A stretch of DNA of 64,000 nt, from contig OZ219754.1 in the NCBI GenBank assembly GCA_964291295.2, forward strand, positions 3,040,001 through 3,104,000, given 5' to 3'. This stretch comes from an uncultured Candidatus Binatia bacterium. Its GTDB lineage: Bacteria > Desulfobacterota > Binatia > UBA9968 > JAJDTQ01. Both the position numbers and the translations under genes were made by a program. The notes under the pieces were generated by a model that worked only from the letters and a program-made list of their open reading frames with translations, was not told the DNA's origin and did not search any database. Positions 37,512 to 46,391 of this stretch are shown in pieces (within the stretch, counting starts at the first letter, position 1; each line of letters opens with the position of its first letter).

Positions 37512-37599
37512 GCCGGCGTGCGCTCCCGCTCCGCCGGGGCGAAACCGGGAGGTGGCCGTCACGCGCTCCGTTCACCCCGGGGAACGACCCCCGCCGCGA

Positions 37600-37803
37600 T
37601 CCGCATCCGGTTCCCGGAATCAAGGGAAGGTCTGGCAACCCCGAGTTCGCCGAGGCTGGATCCATACGATCAGCAGTTGTGAACCGATCAAGGCCGCGCC
37701 ATCGCCCTGGTCAGACCTTCTCAAGGGCGATTGCGGGCTTGGCGGTTTCGAGTTTACACTATGTGAAGACGAAACCGTGAAGACGAAACCGGCCGGATGC
37801 GGA
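37600..37803 (+). ncRNA. Candidate structured non-coding element (unassigned)
   Basis: Several long complementary segments, including an 11-bp closing stem and a 13-bp stem with G-U pairs on the + strand; see findings. Confidence 0.4.
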
Positions 37804-37885
37804 CACGTTCCCGGTCACGTCTTGGCCACGTTGTGGATACCTTTCGGACACGCAGCCGTTGGCGCCGCCATGGCGGGAGGCAATC

Positions 37886-38203
37886 ATGATCTGCAGGATA
37901 TTCTGGGGCAAGCTTCGACTCGGAAAATGGTCGGAATACGAGCGGTACTACAACGAGGTCGTGGTTCCGGCCACGGCGAAGATGCCCGGTTTTCGCGGGC
38001 GCCAACTGCTCCGCAGCTCGGAAAATCCCGACGAAGGGATCTCCCTGACCTTCTGGGAAACCAGGGAAGACATGCAGAACTACGTCACCAGCCAGATCCG
38101 GACCGACATCGCCGGGGGAGCGGAAGGCATGTACACCGGCGAGTACTGGGTCAAGGATTTCGAGGTGAAGTCGCTGTCGCTGCTTTCGCTGGGCAATGTG
38201 TGA
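37886..38203 (+). CDS. ABM (antibiotic biosynthesis monooxygenase)-like dimeric alpha/beta barrel protein
   Basis: GGGAGG RBS; MPGFRG..LLRS....DEGISLTFWET.E pattern; 105 aa. Confidence 0.7.
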   Translation: MICRIFWGKLRLGKWSEYERYYNEVVVPATAKMPGFRGRQLLRSSENPDEGISLTFWETREDMQNYVTSQIRTDIAGGAEGMYTGEYWVKDFEVKSLSLLSLGNV

Positions 38204-38299
38204 ACGGCCTTCGCTCCCCCGACCGCCGGCCATCCGCGCACCCTCCGGAATAGCGGGTGCGCCGGCCGCCGGCGCGCGGCCGGGCCGTTGCCCATGACG

Positions 38300-39142
38300 T
38301 CACCCGAACTGCTCCCTGAGCCATCCATCCAGAACATCGATCACGAAATCCTCGCAACCGGCGTAGAAATGGTTGGCGCCGGGGACGATGACGCAGGTGC
38401 CGGCATCGGAGCCGGCGGCCTCCTCCAACTCCCGTGCGTATTCGCGGAAATACCCGGCTTCGGTCTCTCCCGCGGTCACCAGCAAGGGACAGCCGAGCCT
38501 CGCGGCATGCGGGCGTACATCGTTGGTCTCGTGGCGCCCGTACTTGCTGACGTAGGTCCGGCAGGTGAACAGCCCGGTGGCGCCACTGGCGGGCGCCCAC
38601 AGGAATTCCTCCCCCTCGCCCGCCGCCACCCGGCTTTCGGCACCGGCCATGCGCGCCTCGAATTCCGGATCCTCCGCCACCCTGGCAGCGTAGAACTGTC
38701 TGGGGGCGGAGCAGGAGATGACCCCGACCACGTCCCGCCGCTGGCGCGTCCCCTGGTAGAAGAGCGACTTGACCGAGCCCAGGCTGTGCCCCACCAGCAC
38801 GAAGCGCGCGTAGCCCTCCTGCTGCAACCGCTCCACGGCGGCGTCCAGATCCAGCAGACACTCCTCGAAATTCTCGCAGGTGGCGCCGCGGAAGGCGGTG
38901 AGGTCGCCGCCGCGGGAGATCCAGTCATGGCCGCGGGTGTTGATGGAGAAGGCGTCGTGGCCGCGTCCCGCCAAGGCTTCGGCGAACACCGGCAGCGGCC
39001 CCGTGTAGAAGCTCATGGCCACGCCGTGGATCATCAACAGCGCCAAGTCGGGGTGCCGCGGCGCGGCCGCGCGAAACAACGCCCCGTGCAGCGTCTCGTG
39101 GTCCGAGGTCACGAACGAAAGCAGCCGCGCATGGACCGCCAT
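38300..39142 (-). CDS. Alpha/beta hydrolase
   Basis: IHG, GHSLG nucleophile elbow, GANHFY. Confidence 0.85.
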   Translation of the reverse strand: MAVHARLLSFVTSDHETLHGALFRAAAPRHPDLALLMIHGVAMSFYTGPLPVFAEALAGRGHDAFSINTRGHDWISRGGDLTAFRGATCENFEECLLDLDAAVERLQQEGYARFVLVGHSLGSVKSLFYQGTRQRRDVVGVISCSAPRQFYAARVAEDPEFEARMAGAESRVAAGEGEEFLWAPASGATGLFTCRTYVSKYGRHETNDVRPHAARLGCPLLVTAGETEAGYFREYARELEEAAGSDAGTCVIVPGANHFYAGCEDFVIDVLDGWLREQFG

Positions 39143-39178
39143 CGGTTTCTCCTTTCCGCCGGTTGAGGCGCTCGGGGT

Positions 39179-41755
39179 TCAGGACGGCGGCCGGTACGAC
39201 GCGAGCCACCGTGCGAGGGCATCGCCGTCCCGCTCGAGCCACAGCGCATTGGCCCGGATCCGCTCCAGGGACTGGCGCACCGTGCGGGCGGCCGCCGGCG
39301 CCGGATGCGACTCGAAGAAGGCCTCCACCTCCCCGGCCTTCTCCAGGGTGGTGAACTCCTCGGTGGTGAAGGAGACGATCCGCGCCAGGATGAACCCGCT
39401 CTCCTTGTAGCGGAGATCGAACACGTCCCACTCCTCTCGCAGGAAATCCCAGGCCAGATCACGTCCCAGCGGGTTCATGGCAACGCCCGCCACTGCCAAC
39501 GGCGTATCCTGGCCGCGGACCTCCTCGGACAGCGAGAAATCAAGCGTCCGCCGGAGCAGACCCGCGTCGGCGCTGCGTCCCAACGCCCGAAGGCAGCGGT
39601 TCTTTTCCTCGTGAAGCTCGGCGCCGCGGTAGACCCGAAGCACCGCCTCGTACCCATCCACTCCGCGGCTCTCCACCACCTGGCCATACACGGCCGCCCG
39701 CAGGTCCGGCGCCACCGGCGTCCCCCCATCGAACCGGCACAATGCCTCGGCATTCACCCCCGGGTCGCCGTAGCGCCCCAGCAAGCCGATCACCATGGGA
39801 CGAAGCAGCATTGTACCATGACTCTCCCCGGGACGGGCGTCCCAGCCCAACGCCCCATGGATGATTTCGTAAAGGCTCCGGGCGAAAACCCGGAACGACT
39901 CGTGGCAGCCTTGCCCGCAAAGGAGGCCGTCGTAGTCGCGTATATTCTCCGACAGGTCGGCCCAGACCGCGTAGTCGCTCTCGTGACGATACGCCTGAGC
40001 CAGGGCCAGCGGCCGGGAGGGACCGAGATGGCCCGCCCGCGCCAGGGCGAACGCATCGTTCTGGAGACCCAGCCGATCGGTGGCCGCAGCAAGCTCTCCG
40101 GCCGCCACCGCTGCGGCCAGCCGGTCCCAGAGCTCGGCGTCGTAGTTGGTCCGATGGAAACCCGTCTGATCCGGGTTGAGCTTCACCCATCCCGCCCCAC
40201 CGCCGCCCACGTCGATGCGCATCCTCTCGTCCTCCAGGAGCCGGAACGTGTCCCGGGCGCCCGCGGTCCGTATGCCCAGGGGAACCGACCACCGGGTGTT
40301 GTCGTCCCGCCGGCGGACGCCGCTCAGGAAGAACCGCGTCTGGTGCAGCTCCAGCTCTTCCTGCTTCCGCTCCACGGACAGGACCGGGTAGCCGGTCTGC
40401 TTGGTCCAGGTGTCCATGATCTGCTTGACCGGCTTCCCGGACTCATCCGCCAAGGCCTGCCACAAGTCTTCGGTGGTGGCATTGGCGTACTCATGGCGCC
40501 GGAGATAGCGTTGCAGCCCCCGCCGAAAGGTATCTTCGCCAAGATAGGCTGCCAGCATCCGGATCACCGAGGCGCCCTTGCTGTAGCTGATCGCGTCGAA
40601 GATCTCGCTGATCTCCCGCGGATCATTGACCTCGACCTCGATGGGGTGCGAGCTCTCGAGCCCGTCCAGGGACAGGGCGGGACCGAAGTCGCTGTAAACG
40701 AACTGTGTCCAGATATCCCAATCCGGAAAAAGGTGGTCCACGGCGAGGTACTCGATCCAGGACGCAAAACCCTCATTCAGCCACAGATGGGTCCACCACT
40801 GCATCGTGACCAGGTTGCCGAACCACTGGTGCGCCAACTCGTGGGCGATGATGATGGCCACCCGCTGGCGCGTGGCCGTCGAGGATTCCTCCGGGTCCAC
40901 CAGAAGGGCCGTCTCGCGGTAGGTCACGGCTCCCCAGTTCTCCATCGCTCCGGCTGCAAAGTCGGGAATGGCCAGGAGATCCATCTTGGGCAGCGGGTAC
41001 TCGATGCCGAAGTATTCGTGGAAGAAGGACAGCGTGCGCACGGCCACGTCCAGGGCGAACCGCCCCTGCTCCCGCCGGCCCACCGGCGTATAGACCCGAA
41101 CCGTCACACCTTCCCGGGTCCGGGCCTCGACGTGGTCGAACTCGCCTGCGACGAAGGCCAGAAGATAGGTGGACATCACCGGGGTGTCGGCAAAACGCAC
41201 GGTCTTGAACCCGTCGCCCCCGGTCTCGACCTGGCTGGGCGGCATGTTCGACACCGCCACCCGGTCCTCCGGCACCACCAGCGTCACCGCGAACACGGCC
41301 TTGCGCGCCGGCTCATCCCAGCAGGGGAACGCGCGCCGGGCGTCGGTGGCCTCGAACTGGGTCGACACCATGGTCCGCTGCTCGCCGTCCCGGTGGTAGA
41401 CGCTGCGGTAGAAGCCCTGCATCTTGTTCTTGTCGTTCAACTTCCCGGTGAACTCGAAGGCGATCCGCGCCGGACCCGGCTCCAGCGTGTCACCGAATAC
41501 CAACGCGACGGTCTCCCTCTGCTCGTCGGTTTCGATGCGCTCGGGCTCACGGGACACTCCATCCCGGTCCAGCACCGCGGAGTGGATCTCCAGTTCCGCG
41601 GCGTGCAGCACCACCCGCCGCGTGGCCGAACGCACCTCCACCTCCACCAACTCGCGGCCGCCGAAGGCAACGCCTTCCAGATCCGGCCTGAGAGTCAGTT
41701 CGTAGCGTTTCGGGACGACATTGTCGGGCAAACGCACCCATTCCTGCCTGGCCAT
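39179..41755 (-). CDS. M1 family zinc aminopeptidase (puromycin-sensitive/PepN-like, ERAP1-type C-terminus)
   Basis: GAMENWG, HELAHQWFGNLVT..WW..LWLNEG, FDAISYSKG; GGAGG RBS before ATG 41755. Confidence 0.93.
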   Translation of the reverse strand: MARQEWVRLPDNVVPKRYELTLRPDLEGVAFGGRELVEVEVRSATRRVVLHAAELEIHSAVLDRDGVSREPERIETDEQRETVALVFGDTLEPGPARIAFEFTGKLNDKNKMQGFYRSVYHRDGEQRTMVSTQFEATDARRAFPCWDEPARKAVFAVTLVVPEDRVAVSNMPPSQVETGGDGFKTVRFADTPVMSTYLLAFVAGEFDHVEARTREGVTVRVYTPVGRREQGRFALDVAVRTLSFFHEYFGIEYPLPKMDLLAIPDFAAGAMENWGAVTYRETALLVDPEESSTATRQRVAIIIAHELAHQWFGNLVTMQWWTHLWLNEGFASWIEYLAVDHLFPDWDIWTQFVYSDFGPALSLDGLESSHPIEVEVNDPREISEIFDAISYSKGASVIRMLAAYLGEDTFRRGLQRYLRRHEYANATTEDLWQALADESGKPVKQIMDTWTKQTGYPVLSVERKQEELELHQTRFFLSGVRRRDDNTRWSVPLGIRTAGARDTFRLLEDERMRIDVGGGGAGWVKLNPDQTGFHRTNYDAELWDRLAAAVAAGELAAATDRLGLQNDAFALARAGHLGPSRPLALAQAYRHESDYAVWADLSENIRDYDGLLCGQGCHESFRVFARSLYEIIHGALGWDARPGESHGTMLLRPMVIGLLGRYGDPGVNAEALCRFDGGTPVAPDLRAAVYGQVVESRGVDGYEAVLRVYRGAELHEEKNRCLRALGRSADAGLLRRTLDFSLSEEVRGQDTPLAVAGVAMNPLGRDLAWDFLREEWDVFDLRYKESGFILARIVSFTTEEFTTLEKAGEVEAFFESHPAPAAARTVRQSLERIRANALWLERDGDALARWLASYRPPS

Positions 41756-41931
41756 GCAAAGACCTCCAAGAGTAGGATCCGAACGGTTCGAGTGACGGGA
41801 CAGCGACGACGGAACAGCGACACTCAGATCGGCCAGCGGTGCTTCGACAAATCGATGCGGCGGCCGTATGCCGACCCTTCCCTGAAACCGCCGCACGCCC
41901 GGGGCACCCCGGCCGTCTACGTCTACAGGCG

Positions 41932-42699
41932 CTACAGGTGCTTCTCGAAGAAGTCCACGGTCCGCTTCCAGGCGGTCGCCGCGGCAGCCTCGTCGTAGTT
42001 GTCGCTGTCGGCGTTGGCAAAGGCATGCCCCGCGTTGGGGTAGATGAAGATCATGTGGTCGCCCTTGAGGGTCTTGAGCCTGGCGCGGAACTCGCGGACA
42101 CTGTCCACCTGGATGCCTCGGTCCGCCTCGCCGAAGTGCCCGAGGATCGACGCACGCATCCGGCTCAGATCATCCTTGGGATTGAACCGGCCATAGTAGA
42201 TCACCGAGGCCTTGACTCCGAGGTCATTCCTGGCCATCTGGTAGGACCAGCCGCCGCCGAAACACCAACCGACCGAGGCAATACGCGCCGGGTCCACTTC
42301 TCCCTTGAGCCCGGTGAGGTAGTTCACCGCCTGCTGCAGGTTGGCGAAAGCCGCGTCGGGATCCTTGCGCACGCCGCCGGCCAGTTTGCGCGCACCCGCC
42401 CTGTCCGCCGCCACCCGGCCATCGTAAAGATCCACCGCCAGGGCCGCGTAGCCCAGCTTGGCGAACGCACGCGCGTTCTCCCGGATGTTGTCGTTGAGGC
42501 CCCACCACTCGTGGATCAGGATCAGCCCCGGACGGGGCTTCTTGTCGGCGGGCTTGGCCAGGTAGCCCTTGACCTTCGGGTTGGCCTTGTCATAGGCCAC
42601 CTCGGCCGTGGTGATCTTCATGCCTTGGCCATGGACGTCACCGGCCATGACAGGGAACGCCAATGCCACGAACACCGCACACAACATTCGAAGTGTCAT
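41932..42699 (-). CDS. Dienelactone hydrolase family protein with signal peptide
   Basis: IHEWWGLN, GWCFGG, YYG, AGHAF. Confidence 0.9.
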   Translation of the reverse strand: MTLRMLCAVFVALAFPVMAGDVHGQGMKITTAEVAYDKANPKVKGYLAKPADKKPRPGLILIHEWWGLNDNIRENARAFAKLGYAALAVDLYDGRVAADRAGARKLAGGVRKDPDAAFANLQQAVNYLTGLKGEVDPARIASVGWCFGGGWSYQMARNDLGVKASVIYYGRFNPKDDLSRMRASILGHFGEADRGIQVDSVREFRARLKTLKGDHMIFIYPNAGHAFANADSDNYDEAAAATAWKRTVDFFEKHL

Positions 42700-42792
42700 G
42701 TCCCTTCTCCCCCAGGCCCGGACAATGTCAACCCTCGGACTCGCGCTTGTGAGCGACGCCCAGAGCTACGCCCACACCGGCACACCCGAAGG

Positions 42793-42869
42793 TGGCGCGC
42801 CCGAAGGGAGTCGAACCCCTAACCTCCAGATCCGTAGTCTGGCGCTCTATCCAATTGAGCTACGGGCGC
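42793..42869 (-). tRNA. tRNA-Arg(ACG)
   Basis: GCGCCCGTAGCTCAATTGGATAGAGC-CCAGA CT ACG GA TCTGG-GGTTCGACTCCC-GGGCGCGCCA. Confidence 0.96.
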
Positions 42870-42885
42870 AAAGTGCCGGGGAAAG

Positions 42886-42951
42886 TTGCAAACCAGAACT
42901 GAAAACCAGAGTTGAAAACCGAATTGAAAACCAGAAACGAAAAACCAGAGT
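42886..42951. repeat. Degenerate ~13-bp AT-rich tandem repeat (TGAAAACCAGA..) x5
   Basis: TTGCAAACCAGAAC / TGAAAACCAGAGT / TGAAAACCGAAT / TGAAAACCAGAAA / CGAAAAACCAGAGT. Confidence 0.75.
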
Positions 42952-43189
42952 CTGATCCAGTTAACCACACCAACCGGGAAACCGCAATCATGCAGATCCC
43001 GCAATCGTGCAGGTCCGGAACGCCATCCGGCCCTCCCGGACGCCGCTCGGCAGGGAACCCGGCGGCAGCGGGATGCGCGGGCCTCGCCCGGCTGTCCCCT
43101 GCCCGGTCGTCCCGAAGCCGGGAGATGCGGAAAGTAGCAACACGGAAAGTCGCAACACGGACCGCGCCGCGGCCGGACCGCGGAATGGG

Positions 43190-43280
43190 TGGCGGAGAGA
43201 GAGGGATTCGAACCCTCGGTACCCTCGTGGGGTACACACGCTTAGCAGGCGTGCGCCTTCGACCGCTCGGCCATCTCTCC
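43190..43280 (-). tRNA. tRNA-Ser(GCT)
   Basis: GGAGAGATGGCCGAGCGGTCGAAGGC-CACGC CT GCT AA GCGTG, long variable arm, GGTTCGAATCCC, ending GCCA. Confidence 0.96.
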
Positions 43281-43549
43281 GATGCATGGAAGTGACCAGA
43301 CATATGCCACACCCGACTGCGGCGGTCAAACTTCGAGGCCCCGGGGCGGGGCTGCGAACGCGCGGCAAGGCATGAATCCGGCCCGGGCGGTCATGGCGGA
43401 GTCCGCAGGCCAGCCGGGCGGCGCATGACGCGGTCCGTTTGACAACCCCGGCTGCCGCCCCTAACATGGTCCGGACCGGCGGCGCGGCCCGGGCGGGGCG
43501 CCGGCACCCCGCCGCCGGCACCCCGCACCCGCGGCCCCTCTGGAACCAC

Positions 43550-44995
43550 ATGCCCGAAGTCCGTACACGAGTCCGTACACGTTTCGCTCCCAGCCCCACC
43601 GGCTACCTGCATGTCGGAGGCGCGCGCACGGCGTTGTTCAACTACCTGTACGCCCGGCACTGCGGCGGGACATTCATCCTGCGCATCGAGGACACGGACC
43701 GGCGGCGGTCGACGCCCGAGGCCATCGACGCCATCCTTCGCGGCATGGAATGGCTCGGACTGGAGTGGGACGAGGGACCGTTCCGTCAGACGGAGCGCCT
43801 GGCACTCTACCAGGAACGCCTTCGCACGCTCCTGAACGCGGGCGACGCCTATCCTTGCAGGTGCACGCCGGAAACCCTCGACGCCAAGCGGGAAGCCGCG
43901 CTCGCCGAGAAGCGCAAGCCGGTCTACGACGGAACCTGCCGGCCCCGGGAAAAGTCGGCGGCGCGGTTGCCGGAGGGTGTCCCCTGCACCATCCGGTTCC
44001 GGTCGCCGGAGAGCGGCGCGACGGTGGTGCATGACAAGGTCAAGGGGCGCGTGGAGTTCGACAACACCGAACTCGACGACCTGATCCTCGCCCGCTCCGA
44101 CGGCAGCCCCACCTACAACTTCTGCGTGGTGTGCGACGACATCGACATGGGCATCACCCACATCCTCCGGGGCGACGACCACCTGTCCAACACGCCGCGG
44201 CAGATGCAGCTCTACCAGGCCCTGGGCTCGGACCCGCCGGTATTCGCCCATGTGCCTTTGATCCTGGGAGTGGACAGGAAGCGGCTGAGCAAGCGTCATG
44301 GCGCCACCTCGGTCACGGCCTACCGGGACATGGGCTACTTCGCCGAAGCGCTGATCAACTATCTGGTGCGCCTGGGCTGGTCCCACGGCGACCAGGAGAT
44401 CTTCGACAGCGGGGAGTTGGTGGAGAAGTTCGACATCGACGCCGTCGGCAAGTCACCGGCGGTCTTCAACCCCGAGAAGCTGCTGTGGCTCAATGCCCAC
44501 TACCTCAAGAACCGCACGCTGTCCCGGCTGGCGGAAGACGTGATCCCCTTCCTGACCAGCGCGGGTCATGGCATGCCCCGCGACCGGCAATGGCTCGAGA
44601 GGATGGTGGGAACCCTGAGGGAACGGGCCAGGTCGCTGGTGGAGCTGGTGGACATGGCGCACTGTTTCCTGACGGAGACGGTGGAGGTCGACGAGAAGGC
44701 CGGCCGCCGGCACCTGGTTCCCGCGACCCGGAACCTGCTGCGGGAGGTTTCCGTCAAGCTGGGGAATCTGGCGGACTTCGACGAGACCGGCATCGAGCGG
44801 GTGTTCGGCGAAGTGGTCGCCGAGCGGGGCATCAAGCTGGGCAAGGTGGCCCAGCCGGTGCGGGTGGCGCTCACCGGCTCCACCGTGAGCCCGGGCATCT
44901 ACGAGGTCATCGGCGTGCTGGGACGGGAGGCGACGCTGGAGCGGCTTGCGGCCGCCCTTCGCTACATCGATTCCCAACTTGACGCCGGGGTCTGA
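43550..44995 (+). CDS. gltX: Glutamate--tRNA ligase
   Basis: [40 protein letters not shown]. Confidence 0.97.
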   Translation: MPEVRTRVRTRFAPSPTGYLHVGGARTALFNYLYARHCGGTFILRIEDTDRRRSTPEAIDAILRGMEWLGLEWDEGPFRQTERLALYQERLRTLLNAGDAYPCRCTPETLDAKREAALAEKRKPVYDGTCRPREKSAARLPEGVPCTIRFRSPESGATVVHDKVKGRVEFDNTELDDLILARSDGSPTYNFCVVCDDIDMGITHILRGDDHLSNTPRQMQLYQALGSDPPVFAHVPLILGVDRKRLSKRHGATSVTAYRDMGYFAEALINYLVRLGWSHGDQEIFDSGELVEKFDIDAVGKSPAVFNPEKLLWLNAHYLKNRTLSRLAEDVIPFLTSAGHGMPRDRQWLERMVGTLRERARSLVELVDMAHCFLTETVEVDEKAGRRHLVPATRNLLREVSVKLGNLADFDETGIERVFGEVVAERGIKLGKVAQPVRVALTGSTVSPGIYEVIGVLGREATLERLAAALRYIDSQLDAGV

Positions 44996-45007
44996 TTGAT
45001 TTATCCT
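44979..45007 (+). promoter_or_regulatory. Sigma70-type promoter for tRNA-Gln/tRNA-Glu
   Basis: TTGACG-N17-TATCCT, 11 nt upstream of tRNA-Gln. Confidence 0.55.
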
Positions 45008-45018
45008 TTGTAACCGAT

Positions 45019-45094
45019 TGAGGAGTCGGCTAATTGGTAAGCCACCTGACTCTGGATCAGGCGATTGTAGGTTCGAGTCCTACCTCCTCAGCCA
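45019..45094 (+). tRNA. tRNA-Gln(CTG)
   Basis: TGAGGAG acceptor stem, CCTGA CT CTG GA TCAGG, GGTTCGAGTCC, CTCCTCAGCCA. Confidence 0.95.
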
Positions 45095-45095
45095 C

Positions 45096-45167
45096 GGTCC
45101 CATCGTCTAGCGGTTAGGACGCTGGCCTCTCACGCCAGAAACACGGGTTCGAGTCCCGTTGGGATCA
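45096..45167 (+). tRNA. tRNA-Glu(CTC), CCA not encoded
   Basis: GGTCCCATCGTCTAGCGGTTAGGAC-CTGGC CT CTC AC GCCAG-GGTTCGAGTCCC-TGGGATCA. Confidence 0.94.
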
Positions 45168-45254
45168 CTCCCCCGGACTCTCTTCAGTATTGTTCCCACC
45201 TTCGTTCCCCACCGTCGGACGCTCTCCTCACGGAACCACCACCGGCGGCGGTCC

Positions 45255-45725
45255 TCATCGAAGCCATTTTCCGATGCCGTCCGACTCCGCGCCGCCCTTC
45301 GCCGGCGGGCGGATTGCCCGCGCGCCGTCCGCGCCGGTGAACTGCACGGCAAGGGTGGCGTATGGCTCCGGCAGCTCCACCGCGGTGGCTCCGGCCCAGA
45401 GGCCGTCGAGGTCGTAGAACCGCCGCACCGGCTCGTAGAAAACGTGCACGAGGATGTCGGAGAAGTCCATCAGCACCCACTGGCCCCGGGTGATGCCCTC
45501 CGTGGCCAACGGGCGCAGGCCGTGGGCACGGCCGTCTTCCCGGAGTCCTTCGGCGATGCTCTGGACGTGCCGGTCGGACCGACCGGAGCAGATGATGAAG
45601 TAGTCGGCGATGGTGGTGAGCTCGCCAACCTCCAGCAGGGCGAGCGCCTCGGCTTTTTTTTCGAGCGCGAAGCCGCAGAGCAACAACGCCTTTTCCCGGG
45701 CGTCCCGTTCCTGCGTTTCGGTCAC
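45255..45725 (-). CDS. rsfS: Ribosome silencing factor RsfS (iojap)
   Basis: EKKAE, IADYFIICSGRSDRHVQSIA, WVLMDFSDILVHVF...RRFYDLDGLW; GTG start overlapping the nadD stop. Confidence 0.93.
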   Translation of the reverse strand: MTETQERDAREKALLLCGFALEKKAEALALLEVGELTTIADYFIICSGRSDRHVQSIAEGLREDGRAHGLRPLATEGITRGQWVLMDFSDILVHVFYEPVRRFYDLDGLWAGATAVELPEPYATLAVQFTGADGARAIRPPAKGGAESDGIGKWLR

Positions 45726-46384
45726 GGACACTCCACCGGCTGGTTGTAGAGACGTCGAGCTTCCATGTAGCGCCACACTTCCGGAGGAACCAGGCCGCGA
45801 ATCGATCGGCCCTTTCCAAGCCGTTCCCGAATGGTCGAGGCGGAAACGCGAACGTCCGTCAGACGCTGGAACAGGATCTTCCTGCCGAACTCGTTCCGGA
45901 AGCCGGATGGGATCGGATCGTAGCAGAATGCCTCCCGCACGACAACGGGAATCTTCTCGTAGGGCAGGTCGTCTCCGAACCCCGGCCGGGAGGTCACGAT
46001 CACATGGGTGAGCGAAAGCAGCTCGCGCCACTCCTTCCAGGCGCCCATGAGCAGGAAGGCGTCGAGGCCGAGGATCATGAACAGGTGGTCCCCGGGCGCC
46101 AGCGTGGCGGAGAAGTGGCGCACGGTGTCAATGGAGTAGGAAGCGCCCGGCCGCGCGACCTCGACATCCGAGACCCCGAGACCCGGGCGGTGCGCCGCCG
46201 CCAGCCGCACCATCTCCAGGCGGTGATGGGCCGCGGCCCCCGGACGGCCGCTCCGGTGCGGCGGTACGCCGCACGGCACGAAGCGGACCTCGTCCAGCGC
46301 GAAGGCCTGGCGCACCTCCTCGGCGCTCCTCAGGTGGCCGGAGTGAATGGGATCGAAGGTGCCACCGAACAAGCCGAGCCGCAT
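45722..46384 (-). CDS. nadD: Nicotinate-nucleotide adenylyltransferase
   Basis: GLFGGTFDPIHSGH, PPHR, SYSIDT, VSASTIR. Confidence 0.95.
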   Translation of the reverse strand: MRLGLFGGTFDPIHSGHLRSAEEVRQAFALDEVRFVPCGVPPHRSGRPGAAAHHRLEMVRLAAAHRPGLGVSDVEVARPGASYSIDTVRHFSATLAPGDHLFMILGLDAFLLMGAWKEWRELLSLTHVIVTSRPGFGDDLPYEKIPVVVREAFCYDPIPSGFRNEFGRKILFQRLTDVRVSASTIRERLGKGRSIRGLVPPEVWRYMEARRLYNQPVECP

Positions 46385-46391
46385 GGCATGC

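Noticed and set aside
37600-37803. SRP RNA, 6S RNA, tRNA-Sec, SAM or cobalamin riboswitch
   Set aside because: The diagnostic conserved motifs of these families were not found; kept as an unassigned structured element.
42886-42951. Possible CRISPR array
   Set aside because: Units are ~13 bp, degenerate and abutting, with no unique spacers and no cas genes.
42793-45167. tRNA-anchored prophage or genomic island
   Set aside because: No integrase and no duplicated tRNA 3' end seen; flanking genes are ordinary.
45255-45380. C-terminal extension of RsfS
   Set aside because: Low-complexity tail, most likely stop-codon drift; no domain evident.
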